DNA of 64,000 nucleotides, taken from an uncultured Gammaproteobacteria bacterium. Its GTDB lineage: Bacteria > Pseudomonadota > Gammaproteobacteria > UBA4575. Under the pieces are notes generated by a model. The model made no database searches. It saw only the letters and a list, made by a program, of their open reading frames with translations, and was not told the DNA's origin. The stretch lies in contig CAJQLY010000006.1 in the NCBI GenBank assembly GCA_905479295.1, positions 5,372 to 69,371 of the forward strand, written 5' to 3'. A program made the position numbers and the translations under genes. Below, in pieces: positions 43,331 through 54,294 of this stretch (positions within the stretch are counted from its first letter, which is position 1; each line of letters starts with the position of its first letter).

Positions 43331-44146
43331 CTATTGGCTAACGACCGCGTATTCTGTGGCACTTTCTGGCTTCGCATTCGCTGCGACCCATTGCCGATAT
43401 TCCGCTTCAGGCACGGCACGCACAACCACTGGCATGAAGCCATGGTGACGTCCACAAAGCTCTGCACACTGACCGCGATAGATACCTGGCTCATTTACTC
43501 GCGCCCATGCCTCATTAATAAAGCCTGGCACTGCATCTTTTTTCACTGCTAGATCTGGAACCCACCAAGCGTGGATCACGTCATTTGAAGTAATCAAGAA
43601 ACGAACTTTCTTACCTACCGGTATAACTAATTCATTATCTACTTCTAGTAAATAGTTCTCACCCTTCTCTTCATCATTATTAATTTGTGAGATCGAGGTC
43701 TGTAATTTACTGTGGAAGTCGACACCGTCTTCTACGTATTCATAGTGCCATAACCACTGGTAACCAGTAATTTTTACGGTTAGGTCATAGTCAGACGTAT
43801 CGTACATATCAATTAAAGTCTTAGTCGCTGGTATAGACAGGGCAATTAAGACAACGAAAGGAATAATAGTCCAGATCGCTTCAATAGTTGTGCTCTCATG
43901 GAAGGTTGCCGGTGTTACACCACGTGATTTGCGATGGGCAAAAATCGAGTAGAACATCGCACCAAATACAACAACAGCAATAACTACACAGAGCCAAAAG
44001 GCAATCATATGCATGTCGTACACTTCAGCACTGATATCAGTCACTCCAGGCGTCATATTCATTGGCTGACCAGCAAAGGCAGAGCCGCTAACGACCGAGA
44101 TGAATGCCAGACCTAGCCAAGCATTCAAGCGTTTAATCGCAAACAT
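43331..44146 (-). CDS. coxB: cytochrome c oxidase subunit II
   Basis: The 271-aa product has a signal peptide, 2 TM helices and the CuA site DVIHAWWVP....D..PG......G.YRGQCAELCG..HGFMP. No fused cytochrome c (CxxCH) domain is present. Confidence 0.97.
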   Translation of the reverse strand: MFAIKRLNAWLGLAFISVVSGSAFAGQPMNMTPGVTDISAEVYDMHMIAFWLCVVIAVVVFGAMFYSIFAHRKSRGVTPATFHESTTIEAIWTIIPFVVLIALSIPATKTLIDMYDTSDYDLTVKITGYQWLWHYEYVEDGVDFHSKLQTSISQINNDEEKGENYLLEVDNELVIPVGKKVRFLITSNDVIHAWWVPDLAVKKDAVPGFINEAWARVNEPGIYRGQCAELCGRHHGFMPVVVRAVPEAEYRQWVAANAKPESATEYAVVSQ

Positions 44147-44173
44147 TATTTATTCTCCGTTTAAAAATATTTC

Positions 44174-44635
44174 TTATGAGTACACAACATTATTAAGTGC
44201 ACTTTTTATTGAAGCAGTCAGTTCCAGTCTTTCATCTTGAGAAAGAAAGACGCCTACTTCTAATTCTTTACCCTTAGAACGCAATATGAGCTGTCCTGGG
44301 TACCCCGTCACACGTGACGGCTGTAACATAACTTTTGTCCATGCGGTCTGAAACTGCGTGGTTTGTACCGCATGATCTCTACCGACAGCCACCGTAATAT
44401 AATCCGCATCGATCGATATCACCTCACGGCGTGTTGCCTTTAAACAACACCAATATAGACCAGCGGTTAAAGCTGCAATCTCTAAGCCGACAAACGGCAA
44501 GATCATCCACAGCCCCTGTGCCGCAAAAGCCAAAGCCATACCGAAGGATAAAACCGCCAAACTTATAATCAATGTTTGATTGGCTTTCCATGACATTGAG
44601 AAGTTTGGTGTTATCACAAACTGCATATCCGTCAT
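44174..44635 (-). CDS. DUF2244-type membrane protein preceding coxB
   Basis: The 153-aa product has two TM helices followed by a soluble tail. It occupies the position immediately upstream of coxB that this family typically holds in proteobacterial cox operons. Confidence 0.6.
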   Translation of the reverse strand: MTDMQFVITPNFSMSWKANQTLIISLAVLSFGMALAFAAQGLWMILPFVGLEIAALTAGLYWCCLKATRREVISIDADYITVAVGRDHAVQTTQFQTAWTKVMLQPSRVTGYPGQLILRSKGKELEVGVFLSQDERLELTASIKSALNNVVYS

Positions 44636-44845
44636 TCCTGAACCCCTAGACTGCTTTTACAGGCTACCGATTCTTCCACTGTTCTTTTAGGCCGCGACAT
44701 ATTAGCAACTATCCATCTCAAATGCATTTTCAAATAAGTAATACTTTCAACCTATATGATCAACTAAAACACACCGTCTAATCACTATCCAAACTGGCCA
44801 GGATGTGCAGGATGTGTACGTTTAATACACAAATCCTCTGTTGCT

Positions 44846-45643
44846 TCACTGTTTAGCGCCGGCCTGCCAAGCGAAGCCATAGATTACCTCGTAACTCGCA
44901 TAATACTGACCATCCTCGGTCTTATAGGCCTCATACTCGCTGACTGCCGCCTGTAATCGTCTTGGCGTTAGCAAGCCACGTGAGCGCGCACCCAACTGAT
45001 TAGTTGCCCCAGTATTCTTTAAGCTACGTAGCAGTTGTTGTGGACTAGTATAATTAATACGAATGACCTCACTTTCCACATGCGGACAAAATAATCTATT
45101 CTTTATTAATAGATCATTCACTTCCTGTCTATCCAAAAAAGGATTTACTCGCTGATATGGGTCAACTGCCGCAAAACTACTGCGTAATTCCTTCAACGTA
45201 TCTGGCCCAAAGGTCGAGAACAATAACAAGCCTTGCGGACGCAATACTCGGGCACATTCAAGCAACGCATGCTCTAAAGCATTCACCCATTGAAACGTGG
45301 ATGCTGAGAAAACTAGATCAAAACTTGACTCAGTAAACGGCAAAGATTCCGCATCAGCACAAACCAAATCGTTGGCTGAATGGGCCTTGCGCGCATACCG
45401 CAGCATCTCCTGCGATAGATCACAGTTAATATATTGGCTGGTTGGGTAACGCTGCAGCAGGGCTTTTCGCGCAATACCGGTACCACCACCCAAATCCAAC
45501 AAACGATTTGGCTGTAACGCTAAGTCATCCAGTCGATCTAGCAAACGCTTACGAATCTCCTCTTGCACCACAGCTGCCGCATCATAACTACCTGCTGCCG
45601 CACCAAAAGAAGCAGCCACTGCCGGCTTGTTCACGATATCCAA
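44846..45643 (-). CDS. bioC: malonyl-[acyl-carrier protein] O-methyltransferase
   Basis: The 265-aa product begins with F..AA..YD..A.VQ, has the SAM motif LLDLGGGTG and sits downstream of bioH. Confidence 0.85.
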   Translation of the reverse strand: MDIVNKPAVAASFGAAAGSYDAAAVVQEEIRKRLLDRLDDLALQPNRLLDLGGGTGIARKALLQRYPTSQYINCDLSQEMLRYARKAHSANDLVCADAESLPFTESSFDLVFSASTFQWVNALEHALLECARVLRPQGLLLFSTFGPDTLKELRSSFAAVDPYQRVNPFLDRQEVNDLLIKNRLFCPHVESEVIRINYTSPQQLLRSLKNTGATNQLGARSRGLLTPRRLQAAVSEYEAYKTEDGQYYASYEVIYGFAWQAGAKQ

Positions 45644-45669
45644 AATGGCTTTATCTCTAATTAATCATT

Positions 45670-46422
45670 CTAGTGATGGCTCTGGCTTTCAACCCAGGGC
45701 TGAAGAATAGCCTCTGCCACCGCTTCTGGATGCGATACATGCGGCACATGCCCAGCATCGACGATGACATGGCAATCAGTACTGAAGTATCGAGCTAGGT
45801 TTTGTCCCGCAGCTAATGGCAAAACTGCATCATTCTGACCATGAATAACACGCACTTGTTGCCCAATTTGGGCTAATTCAGCTCGCACATCCATAGTTGA
45901 TAACAACATTAAACCAGCTCGACATTCGTCCATATTGTATTCTGAAACGGTACAAAGTTGCTGTAACAGACGCAAGCAAGGCTTTGCTTGCCGCTCTCCT
46001 TTTACCTGTAATGTCATAAAACGCTGCAGGGTTTTTTCAGGTGCGTCCACAAAGCGTTGGCTAAAACTATCTAACCAGGCGCGATCAATGCCATTAATAC
46101 CAGCTTCATCACAGGGGAAATAGGCTGTACTCGCAATTAAAATCAGTCGCTTAACCTTATCTGGAAAGCGTGCTGCCAGGCGCAGAGCCAACAACCCACC
46201 CAAAGACCAAGCAATCAGCGTTGTGTCTTCTCGCATAACTCCTGCTAACGCATCAATATACTCATCAACCGCCGACATCGAGCCTAAAGCCTGACCCGCA
46301 GCTAGCCAGGGCGGTTCTATCACGTCAATCTGGTAAGCCTGCTCTAATACTGGAATAATCGGATCCCAGATAGCGGCATGCGTACCCCAACCGCTGATTA
46401 ATAATGCGTCTATTTTCTTCAT
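45670..46422 (-). CDS. bioH: pimeloyl-[acyl-carrier protein] methyl ester esterase (alpha/beta hydrolase)
   Basis: The 250-aa product contains GWG....W, the nucleophile elbow AWSLGG and a C-terminal GH.PH.SHP. It is paired with bioC. Confidence 0.8.
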   Translation of the reverse strand: MKKIDALLISGWGTHAAIWDPIIPVLEQAYQIDVIEPPWLAAGQALGSMSAVDEYIDALAGVMREDTTLIAWSLGGLLALRLAARFPDKVKRLILIASTAYFPCDEAGINGIDRAWLDSFSQRFVDAPEKTLQRFMTLQVKGERQAKPCLRLLQQLCTVSEYNMDECRAGLMLLSTMDVRAELAQIGQQVRVIHGQNDAVLPLAAGQNLARYFSTDCHVIVDAGHVPHVSHPEAVAEAILQPWVESQSHH

Positions 46423-46438
46423 GCCAATGGATTAAAAC

Positions 46439-47050
46439 ATGTTACCTATCGATTTGTATCAGCCCTTCTCATTACTACTTGTAATTGGCAGCTATATTAT
46501 TGGCTCAATCTCTAGTGCTGTATTAGTTTCACGCAGTATGGGCCTAGCTGACCCACGAACCATTGGTTCCGGCAATCCTGGTGCGACTAACATACTGCGC
46601 TCAGGTAATAAAAAGGCAGCGGCACTGACCCTAATTGGCGACCTAGCCAAAGGCCTATTACCACTGCTACTAGCAAGACAACTACACGTAGGGACCGAAT
46701 TACTCTGCGCCATGGCCTTAGCCGCCATTATCGGCCACATGTATCCACTATTTCTGAAATTTAAAGGTGGCAAGGGTGTCGCTACTACTCTAGGCGCGCT
46801 ACTGGGTGTGCAACCATTACTGGCCTTAATCTGGATACTACTTTGGCTTTCTGTCGCCAAACTCACACGTTATTCCTCGCTGGCAGCCCTAATAGCAACC
46901 CTCAGTATTCCACTAATTGCATGGTTTGGACTGCAGAACTCTAGCATCACCCTGCTCAGTAGCTTGATCGCAATACTGGTTTGCTGGCGTCATCGCGGCA
47001 ATATCAACAATTTACTGCAGGGTACTGAAGGACAAATCGGCAAAAGTTAG
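46439..47050 (+). CDS. plsY: glycerol-3-phosphate acyltransferase PlsY
   Basis: The 203-aa product contains GSGN.GATN..R.G, D..KG and FKGGKGVAT. Confidence 0.95.
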   Translation: MLPIDLYQPFSLLLVIGSYIIGSISSAVLVSRSMGLADPRTIGSGNPGATNILRSGNKKAAALTLIGDLAKGLLPLLLARQLHVGTELLCAMALAAIIGHMYPLFLKFKGGKGVATTLGALLGVQPLLALIWILLWLSVAKLTRYSSLAALIATLSIPLIAWFGLQNSSITLLSSLIAILVCWRHRGNINNLLQGTEGQIGKS

Positions 47051-47077
47051 TCGTCCACCACCTACTTAAGGCTTCAA

Positions 47078-48106
47078 TTAGTGCCGATTAAGTTCAGCTA
47101 ATGGCCAACGTGGTCGTACACTAATCGCCGCATTAGTATCGTAATGTCCGGCCAGAGCATGCTGTAATCCGGCAAAAGCAATCATCGCTCCATTGTCAGT
47201 ACACAGCCTTAAAGCAGGCAACTGCAGCTCAACACCCTCCGCCTGTAAGGCTGATAAACGGCTACGCAGCGCCTGATTAGCACTCACACCGCCAGCGACA
47301 ACCAAGGTCTTCAGCCCTGTGCGTTGCAATGCACGCCGGCATTTCTCAACCAAGGTATCGATGACAGCGGCCTGGAATGCTGAGGCTACCGCCATTTTTG
47401 CGGTGTCATCCTGAGCGCTGCGCTGATAGGCCAAAAGCGTATGCGTCTTGAGCCCACTAAAACTAAAATCTAGGCTATCTTTAGCCATTAATGACCGTGG
47501 GAATGGGTGATCTGACTGCACCCCTAAGGCCTGCGCCTGTTCACTTAGACGCTCGATTAATGGGCCACCGGGATAACCTAAACCCAGCTGCTTAGCGGTT
47601 TTATCAAAGGCTTCACCCACCGCATCATCAAGACTTTGACCAAGGACATGATAATCAGCGATACCACGTGCCTCGACTAGCAGCGTATGACCACCAGAGA
47701 CTAGTAGACATAAAAAAGGGAAGTGTGGTGCACGGTCTTGATCGATAAATGGTGCTAATAAATGCGCCTCCATGTGGTGAACGGCAACACTTGGCTTACC
47801 TAACGCCCAGGCTATCGAGCGACCAATTGCAGCACCTACAAATAAAGCACCAACTAAACCTGGCCCAGCGGTGTAGGCGAGGGCGTCGATATGATTTAGT
47901 TTGAGGTCGGCTTGATGCAAGCATTGTCGAATTAAAGGCAAAATACGCTGTACATGATCACGTGAGGCTAATTCAGGAACTACCCCACCATATTTAGCGT
48001 GGGTAAGGACCTGGCTGTGCAGGGTTTCAGCAATAAGGCCGTCTTTTTGATCGACAATTGCGATCCCGGTTTCATCACAGGAGGTTTCAATTCCAAGAAC
48101 TTTCAT
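47078..48106 (-). CDS. tsaD: tRNA N6-adenosine threonylcarbamoyltransferase
   Basis: The product begins MKVLGIETSCDETG.A and contains HH.E.H and LVSGGHT. It is divergent from rpsU as in E. coli. Confidence 0.97.
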   Translation of the reverse strand: MKVLGIETSCDETGIAIVDQKDGLIAETLHSQVLTHAKYGGVVPELASRDHVQRILPLIRQCLHQADLKLNHIDALAYTAGPGLVGALFVGAAIGRSIAWALGKPSVAVHHMEAHLLAPFIDQDRAPHFPFLCLLVSGGHTLLVEARGIADYHVLGQSLDDAVGEAFDKTAKQLGLGYPGGPLIERLSEQAQALGVQSDHPFPRSLMAKDSLDFSFSGLKTHTLLAYQRSAQDDTAKMAVASAFQAAVIDTLVEKCRRALQRTGLKTLVVAGGVSANQALRSRLSALQAEGVELQLPALRLCTDNGAMIAFAGLQHALAGHYDTNAAISVRPRWPLAELNRH

Positions 48107-48147
48107 GCTTTAAATTGGTTAAATAAGGGAAAAATGATTAATAACAG

Positions 48148-48175
48148 TTGAAATCGAGCATAGCGTATTTATAAT
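48148..48175 (+). promoter_or_regulatory. putative sigma-70 promoter of rpsU
   Basis: TTGAAA (48148-53), 16 nt, TATAAT (48170-75). It lies about 42 nt upstream of the rpsU ATG. Confidence 0.5.
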
Positions 48176-48217
48176 CCACCGTCCTATTTTCCAATTAAGT
48201 AAGAGATCCGAGGATTT

Positions 48218-48433
48218 ATGCCTGGAGTACGAGTTAAAGAAAACGAGCCGTTTGATATCGCTCTACGACGTTTCCGTCGTTCATGTGAGAAAGCGGGCGT
48301 CCTAACTGAAGTTCGCCGTCGCGAATTTTACGAGAAGCCAACATCTGTGCGCAAGCGCAAGGCAGCAGCTGCGGTAAAACGTAATCTAAAGCGTGTTTCT
48401 CGCACCGGTCTTAAGCGTAAGCGTCTCTACTAA
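48218..48433 (+). CDS. rpsU: 30S ribosomal protein S21
   Basis: The 71-aa product begins [27 protein letters not shown] and contains [12 protein letters not shown]. Confidence 0.98.
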   Translation: MPGVRVKENEPFDIALRRFRRSCEKAGVLTEVRRREFYEKPTSVRKRKAAAAVKRNLKRVSRTGLKRKRLY

Positions 48434-48452
48434 GCCTAGTTGTATTTATACA

Positions 48453-48911
48453 GTGGCGAGTGACGGTACGATAAAAGAAAACCTAGTTGCGGATATGAAA
48501 TCCGCGATGCGTACCGGTGAAAAATCACGTCTCGCAACTATTCGTCTAGCCCTTGCTGCTATCAAGCAGATTGAAGTCGACGAACGTAAAGAGCTAGATG
48601 AGACCGAAGTGCTGCAAGTACTTGATAAAATGTGCAAGCAGCGTCGAGAATCTATGTCCCAATTTGAACAAGCGGGACGCACAGACTTGGCCGAGAAAGA
48701 GCAGGCCGAGCTAGCCATTATCGCTGAATATCTCCCACAAGCACTGAGTGAATCAGAGATAGAGCAGTCTATCACTGCCGCTATTGCACAAACTGGTGCC
48801 AGCAGTATGCGTGAGATGGGAGCCGTCATGGCGATACTTAAACCACAGATGCAGGGACGTGCTGATATGTCCGCTGTCAGCGCCCTAATTAAATCCAAGC
48901 TGTCTAACTAG
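48453..48911 (+). CDS. yqeY: GatB/YqeY domain-containing protein
   Basis: The product contains L..DMK.AMR.GEK.RL..IRL.LAAIKQ.EVD.R and AEKE..E..II..YLP. I prefer the GTG at 48453. The track ORF starts at 48393, inside rpsU. Confidence 0.85.
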   Translation: MASDGTIKENLVADMKSAMRTGEKSRLATIRLALAAIKQIEVDERKELDETEVLQVLDKMCKQRRESMSQFEQAGRTDLAEKEQAELAIIAEYLPQALSESEIEQSITAAIAQTGASSMREMGAVMAILKPQMQGRADMSAVSALIKSKLSN

Positions 48912-48973
48912 ACAAAGTCTTAACGGCAACCCATGATTGTGGCGCCAATCTTCTACTTAGCCCAATACCTGTT

Positions 48974-50029
48974 ATGACTAGTCAAAAAAATGATCGCTTT
49001 TTACGCGCCTTATTACGCCAACCTGTCGATGCTACTCCAGTATGGATTATGCGCCAGGCGGGGCGTTACCTCCCTGAATACAGAGCAACCCGTGCTAAAG
49101 CTGGAAATTTCCTGACGTTATGCAAGACTCCAGAATTAGCCTGTGAAGTGACCATGCAGCCCTTAGATCGATTTGATCTTGATGCTGCAATTTTATTTTC
49201 TGACATCTTAACCATCCCCGACGCCATGGGCTTAGGCCTACAGTTTGTCGAAGGTGATGGCCCAAGCTTTTCTAATCCTGTACGTACTGCGGCCGATATA
49301 AAAAAACTAGCCGTACCTGATCCGGGTGCCGAGTTACGCTATGTTACCGATGCAGTTTCTCTAATTCGCAAAGAACTGGATGGTCGTGTACCACTGATTG
49401 GTTTCTCTGGCAGCCCATGGACACTAGCTACTTACATGGTTGAAGGCAGGTCATCAAAAGATTTTAGTAAAATCAAAGCACTGATGTATGAACAGCCAAA
49501 ATTACTGGAACAACTGCTGAGCACTGTCAGCGCCAGTGTTGCCAGCTACCTCAATGCACAAATTGAAGCGGGCGCTCAAGCATTAATGATTTTCGATACT
49601 TGGGGTGGGGTACTGACACCAGAATTATATCGCCGTTACTCACTGGCATTTATGCATTCTGTGTTAGATCAGCTCAAACGTGAACACGATGGCAAAAAAA
49701 TCCCTGTGATTTTATTTTCCAAAGGCGCCAACCATTCGTTAACTGATATCGCTGCCACTGGTACTGACGGTATCGGCCTCGATTGGACTATTAATATTGC
49801 AGATGCCTCCGCCATTGTCGGAACAGACGTCGCGGTGCAGGGCAACTTGGACCCATCCGTCTTATATAGCTCACCAGAAGTTGTGCGTGAACAAGTGAAA
49901 AAGGTATTAGATGCCTACCCTCATGAAACTGGCCATGTGTTCAATTTAGGTCACGGCATTCACCCAGGTATTGACCCAGAAAATGTAAAGGCATTAGTCG
50001 ATGCTGTACATGAGTTTAGCCAACGCTAA
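48974..50029 (+). CDS. hemE: uroporphyrinogen decarboxylase
   Basis: The 351-aa product contains [29 protein letters not shown] and PLIGF.G.PWTLA.YM.EG. Confidence 0.97.
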   Translation: MTSQKNDRFLRALLRQPVDATPVWIMRQAGRYLPEYRATRAKAGNFLTLCKTPELACEVTMQPLDRFDLDAAILFSDILTIPDAMGLGLQFVEGDGPSFSNPVRTAADIKKLAVPDPGAELRYVTDAVSLIRKELDGRVPLIGFSGSPWTLATYMVEGRSSKDFSKIKALMYEQPKLLEQLLSTVSASVASYLNAQIEAGAQALMIFDTWGGVLTPELYRRYSLAFMHSVLDQLKREHDGKKIPVILFSKGANHSLTDIAATGTDGIGLDWTINIADASAIVGTDVAVQGNLDPSVLYSSPEVVREQVKKVLDAYPHETGHVFNLGHGIHPGIDPENVKALVDAVHEFSQR

Positions 50030-50058
50030 ACTCGGTTTACTGACCAACTTCAAGCGCC

Positions 50059-52446
50059 TTATGGCCTAGCCTGAAAACTCTGGTCAAAGGCTGGCACGTG
50101 ATCAATATGAAACACCTCTGGAACACCCTTTGGGTCATCCGACGCAACTAACAATCCAGTTTCTGGATTGATATTGAGCTGAATCATATCAGCCGGTAAC
50201 ACAGCCTTTGTTTCAGCCACATCACGCAACGCGGTACGCATGTAGTCAATCCATATTGGCAATGCAGCGGCACCACCAAACTCACTACGTCCTAATGGCT
50301 TATGCTCATCAAAGCCAACCCATACGGTAGTCACCACCTGCGGATGAAATCCGGCAAACCAAGCATCACGTTGCTCGTTGGTAGTACCTGTTTTACCTGC
50401 AATATCCTTACGACCTAAAACACGTGCTTTACGTCCGGTACCGTACTGAACCACATCGCGCAACATACTGCTAATCTGATAAATATTGGCTTCGTCAACC
50501 ACCCGAGGTGCATTATTATTCGACACCTGAGCAAACTCAATCCCCATCTCTTCTAGTTCACGTTCATGTGCTGCCAGTCCAGAGGCTAAACGCTGACATT
50601 TTAAATCACAGACTCGCTGAATATTTGAGCGGTAAATGACCTTGCCCTCGGCTGATTCTATACGTTCAATAAAATACGGTTTAACACGATAGCCCCCATT
50701 AGCAAAGACCGCATAACCTTCGGCCAACTGCATTGGTGTCACCGCACCACTACCCAAAGCCAAGGTTAAATCTTTTGGTAATACAGCGGCATCAAAACCA
50801 AATTTTGATGCATGCTGACGCGCTAACTTTTGACCGATGATGCGTAATAAACGAATCGAAACCATATTGCGTGACTTGATAATTGCGGTACGCAATCGTG
50901 TTGGGCCAAAGAATTTGCCTGAGTAATTTTGTGGTCGCCAGACACTCTCAAGTTCTTTATCCTCAAACACCACCGGCGCATCATTAATCATACTAGCCGG
51001 CGTAAATCCTGCCGATAGCGCAGCAGAGTAAATAAAGGGTTTAAACGAAGAGCCTGGTTGACGTTGCGCTTGCGTCGCTCGATTAAACTTACTGTGATAA
51101 AAATCATAGCCTCCACTCAGTGCTAGCAACGCGCCATCCTGTGGTCGCAAAGAAACTAAGGCACTGGAGACTTTAGGCGCTTGAGTGAGCCGCCAACCAC
51201 CGGCCTCAGTTTGAACCCTAATCAGATCCCCTACTGCCAAGACCTCGTCAACAGCCTTCGGTGTAGGCCCTTTACGATTTTCATTGATATAAGGTTTAGC
51301 ATGCTTAATCGAATCCAAATTTAATTCGATCTTGCCATTACGCAGTAAGACCAATGCATGCTCGGCACTAACCTCAAGCACAATACCTGCCTGCTTTTTA
51401 CGAATATCGCCCATCTTTTTCAAGCGCTTAAGTAAGGCATCTTGATCCTGCATCTCAGCCTCGGCTATCTGCTGCTCTGCTCCACGATAGCCATGTCGAG
51501 CATCATAGGCCTCTATTCCTTTTTGTACCGCCAACTGTGCTGCCTGCTGTTGCTCAGCCTCTATTGTAGTGAATACACGGTAACCACTAATATAAGCGTC
51601 TTCACCATAACGCTCGTACATCTCTGCACGTACCATTTCACTGATATAGTTTGCGTCTAATTCAATTGTTGGACGATGACGCTTAGCAACTACTGCTTGC
51701 GCCTTCGCTGCGTCATATTCACTTTGCGAGATCATGCCTAACTTCAACATACGACCAAGCACATAGTTACGCCGAATTAAGGCGCGACTTGGATTGCTAA
51801 TGGGATTAAAACGAGATGGGGCTTTTGGTAATCCAGCGATCATCGCGATTTGAGCTAGATTGAGGTCCTCAACATGAAGACCGTAATAAGCATCTGCAGC
51901 AGCGCCAACACCATAGGCACGATGCCCTAAATAGATTTTGTTTAAATACAACGCCAAGATTTCATTTTTACTTAGCGCTTTTTCGATTCGTAGAGCAAGC
52001 AGAATTTCTTTTATCTTTCGCGTATAGGTACGCTCATTAGTAAGAAAAAAGTTACGTGCCAGTTGCATCGTGATGGTGCTTCCACCCTGAACTTTTTGTC
52101 CGGTTAAGACCAATTTATAAACCGCACGCATGATACCCTGATAATCCACTCCAGGATGTTGGTAGAACCGATCATCCTCAGCTGCTAAAAATGCACCTGA
52201 CATCAAGCTTGGAATTTCATCATAATGCAGGGGGATACGACGTTTCTCACCATACATCGCCATTAACTTGCCTTCTTTACTGAAGACACGTAGCGGTGTT
52301 TGCAATTGGATATCGCGCAGGGATTCAACAGCTGGCAACTGTGGTGCCAATATTAGGTAGCCAAGCGTCAACGTCGCCAGACCTAATGCCGATAGAGCTA
52401 TCGCTATAAAAATAAGTCGCCGAAGCAGCACTTTTGAAATGAACAT
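50059..52446 (-). CDS. mrcA: penicillin-binding protein 1A (bifunctional glycosyltransferase/transpeptidase)
   Basis: The 795-aa product has the GT51 motifs EDDRFYQH.G and GGSTITMQLARN, plus the transpeptidase motifs SSFKP, SRN and KTGTT. Confidence 0.96.
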   Translation of the reverse strand: MFISKVLLRRLIFIAIALSALGLATLTLGYLILAPQLPAVESLRDIQLQTPLRVFSKEGKLMAMYGEKRRIPLHYDEIPSLMSGAFLAAEDDRFYQHPGVDYQGIMRAVYKLVLTGQKVQGGSTITMQLARNFFLTNERTYTRKIKEILLALRIEKALSKNEILALYLNKIYLGHRAYGVGAAADAYYGLHVEDLNLAQIAMIAGLPKAPSRFNPISNPSRALIRRNYVLGRMLKLGMISQSEYDAAKAQAVVAKRHRPTIELDANYISEMVRAEMYERYGEDAYISGYRVFTTIEAEQQQAAQLAVQKGIEAYDARHGYRGAEQQIAEAEMQDQDALLKRLKKMGDIRKKQAGIVLEVSAEHALVLLRNGKIELNLDSIKHAKPYINENRKGPTPKAVDEVLAVGDLIRVQTEAGGWRLTQAPKVSSALVSLRPQDGALLALSGGYDFYHSKFNRATQAQRQPGSSFKPFIYSAALSAGFTPASMINDAPVVFEDKELESVWRPQNYSGKFFGPTRLRTAIIKSRNMVSIRLLRIIGQKLARQHASKFGFDAAVLPKDLTLALGSGAVTPMQLAEGYAVFANGGYRVKPYFIERIESAEGKVIYRSNIQRVCDLKCQRLASGLAAHERELEEMGIEFAQVSNNNAPRVVDEANIYQISSMLRDVVQYGTGRKARVLGRKDIAGKTGTTNEQRDAWFAGFHPQVVTTVWVGFDEHKPLGRSEFGGAAALPIWIDYMRTALRDVAETKAVLPADMIQLNINPETGLLVASDDPKGVPEVFHIDHVPAFDQSFQARP

Positions 52447-52599
52447 AGATGTCAGAAATACTATTTGACGATGACGTCAGTTAATAAACCATGACCACGC
52501 CACATACGCAACCTTGCAACTGCTATCAGATGTACGAAAAAACCCAACACCCGTGTATTTTTGATTACAATCGACTAATTGCTGTACTAAGACTGTGCT

Positions 52600-53112
52600 A
52601 TGAATTCACCTATCATATTAATTGGCCCGATGGGGGCCGGAAAATCCTCCATTGGAAAGCGTTTAGCTAGGCGCTTATCCCTACCTTATCGTGACACCGA
52701 TCAGCTGGTTGAAGAGCGAACTGGTGTACCAATCACGACCATCTTTGAATTAGAGGGTGAAAAAGGCTTTCGCCAACGTGAAAATAAGGTTTTAGCCGAA
52801 TGCAGTAGCGCCCCAGCGGCAGTAGTCGCAACGGGTGGTGGTATCGTTATACTAGAAGAGAACCAAAAGCTGCTCAGCGCCAATAAACACGTGGTTTATC
52901 TTAAGGCCTCAGTGAATTCCCAGTTCCAGCGTACGCGAAATGATAAAAAACGGCCTTTATTGCAAGCAGAGGACCCACTCTTACGCTTACAACAGCTTGC
53001 TGATCAGCGTAATCCGATCTACCAACGCCTAGCGAATATTACGATTAATACAGATCAACAGAGTATGATGTCTTCAGCAGAGGAAATTATTCAAGAGTTA
53101 GGCTTACATTAA
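52600..53112 (+). CDS. aroK: shikimate kinase
   Basis: The 170-aa product contains LIGPMGAGKS.IG..LA, D.D and ATGGG. Confidence 0.96.
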   Translation: MNSPIILIGPMGAGKSSIGKRLARRLSLPYRDTDQLVEERTGVPITTIFELEGEKGFRQRENKVLAECSSAPAAVVATGGGIVILEENQKLLSANKHVVYLKASVNSQFQRTRNDKKRPLLQAEDPLLRLQQLADQRNPIYQRLANITINTDQQSMMSSAEEIIQELGLH

Positions 53113-53117
53113 CCACC

Positions 53118-53143
53118 CTAGACTCGGTTTAAGCCGACTCTAG
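53118..53143 (+). other. inter-cistronic hairpin between aroK and aroB
   Basis: CTAGACTCGG (53118-27) pairs with CCGACTCTAG (53134-43) as a 10-bp stem with one mismatch and a 6-nt loop. No U-tract follows, so this may be an mRNA processing or stability element. Confidence 0.35.
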
Positions 53144-53205
53144 CTAGAGTGCAGCGAACGAACCAGCTAAAATACTATTTATTTCAGAACCAACCAGTCA
53201 ACACT

Positions 53206-54294
53206 ATGCGCAGTTTAAAGGTAGAACTAGGGGACCGCTCCTATCCGATACATATTGGTGGTAATTTACTACAGCAGCCTGAACTGTTGTTGCCACATCT
53301 GCATAGTGAACGTACGCTCATCATTACCAATGAGACCGTTGCGCCACTTTACTTGGATAGACTGCTTAACACCTTAGCTGACAAGCAAGTCGATAGCCTC
53401 ATTTTGCCTGATGGTGAAGTTTATAAAACTCTCGCTACCACTGAGCTAATTTTTAATCACCTGTTAGAAAATCGTTACTCACGCGATACCACGCTGATTG
53501 CACTTGGTGGCGGCGTTATTGGAGACATTGTCGGATTTGCTGCCGCCTGCTATCAACGCGGTGTTGAATTTGTGCAGATTCCAACGACCTTATTATCACA
53601 GGTCGATTCCTCTGTCGGTGGAAAAACTGGCGTTAATCATCATTTAGGAAAAAATATGATTGGCGCATTTTATCAACCACAATGCGTCTTAGCCTCAACC
53701 GATACACTCACCAGCTTGCCTCAACGTGAACTTAGCGCAGGCCTTGCTGAAATCATTAAATATGGTTTGATTGCCGACGCCACTTTCTTTCGCTGGCTAG
53801 AAGACAATATTGATGCATTACTCACGCTAGACGAAACCGCTATTAACTATGCCGTCGAACGCTCCTGCCAATGCAAGGCAGAAGTAGTTGCCAGCGATGA
53901 ACTTGAGCAATCCGGTCGACGCGCCTTATTGAATCTAGGGCATACCTTTGGCCATGCCATTGAAACTGGCATGGGCTATGGCAATTGGTTGCATGGTGAA
54001 GCGGTCGGCTGTGGCATGCTCTTGGCTGCTGAATTTTCAGCTCGATTAGGCTGGCTTAATGATGAGCAGGTAGCGCGTAGTCGTGCATTAATCACCGCTG
54101 CAAAATTACCTACTGCATTGCCAAGCGAGATGGATTGCCAACAGATGTTAGATCTAATGGCCGTTGATAAAAAAGTGAAGCAGGGCAAACTACGCCTAGT
54201 GCTATTACGAGATATCGGCGAAGCAGTTTTCAGCAGTGACTTTGACCAAGGCCTGCTACGTGAAACCATACAAGATTTTAGCCAACGATCATAA
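53206..54294 (+). CDS. aroB: 3-dehydroquinate synthase
   Basis: [18 protein letters not shown] matches typical AroB N-termini. The product also contains LGGGV.GD..GF.AA.Y.RG, GGKTG.N and GHT.GHA.E. The track ORF starts 19 codons earlier (53149). Confidence 0.96.
   Translation: MRSLKVELGDRSYPIHIGGNLLQQPELLLPHLHSERTLIITNETVAPLYLDRLLNTLADKQVDSLILPDGEVYKTLATTELIFNHLLENRYSRDTTLIALGGGVIGDIVGFAAACYQRGVEFVQIPTTLLSQVDSSVGGKTGVNHHLGKNMIGAFYQPQCVLASTDTLTSLPQRELSAGLAEIIKYGLIADATFFRWLEDNIDALLTLDETAINYAVERSCQCKAEVVASDELEQSGRRALLNLGHTFGHAIETGMGYGNWLHGEAVGCGMLLAAEFSARLGWLNDEQVARSRALITAAKLPTALPSEMDCQQMLDLMAVDKKVKQGKLRLVLLRDIGEAVFSSDFDQGLLRETIQDFSQRS

Noticed and set aside
52470-52485. TGACGTCA palindrome (CRE-like) in the mrcA/aroK intergenic region
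   Set aside because: An 8-bp palindrome is expected by chance at this window size, and I know of no regulator link.
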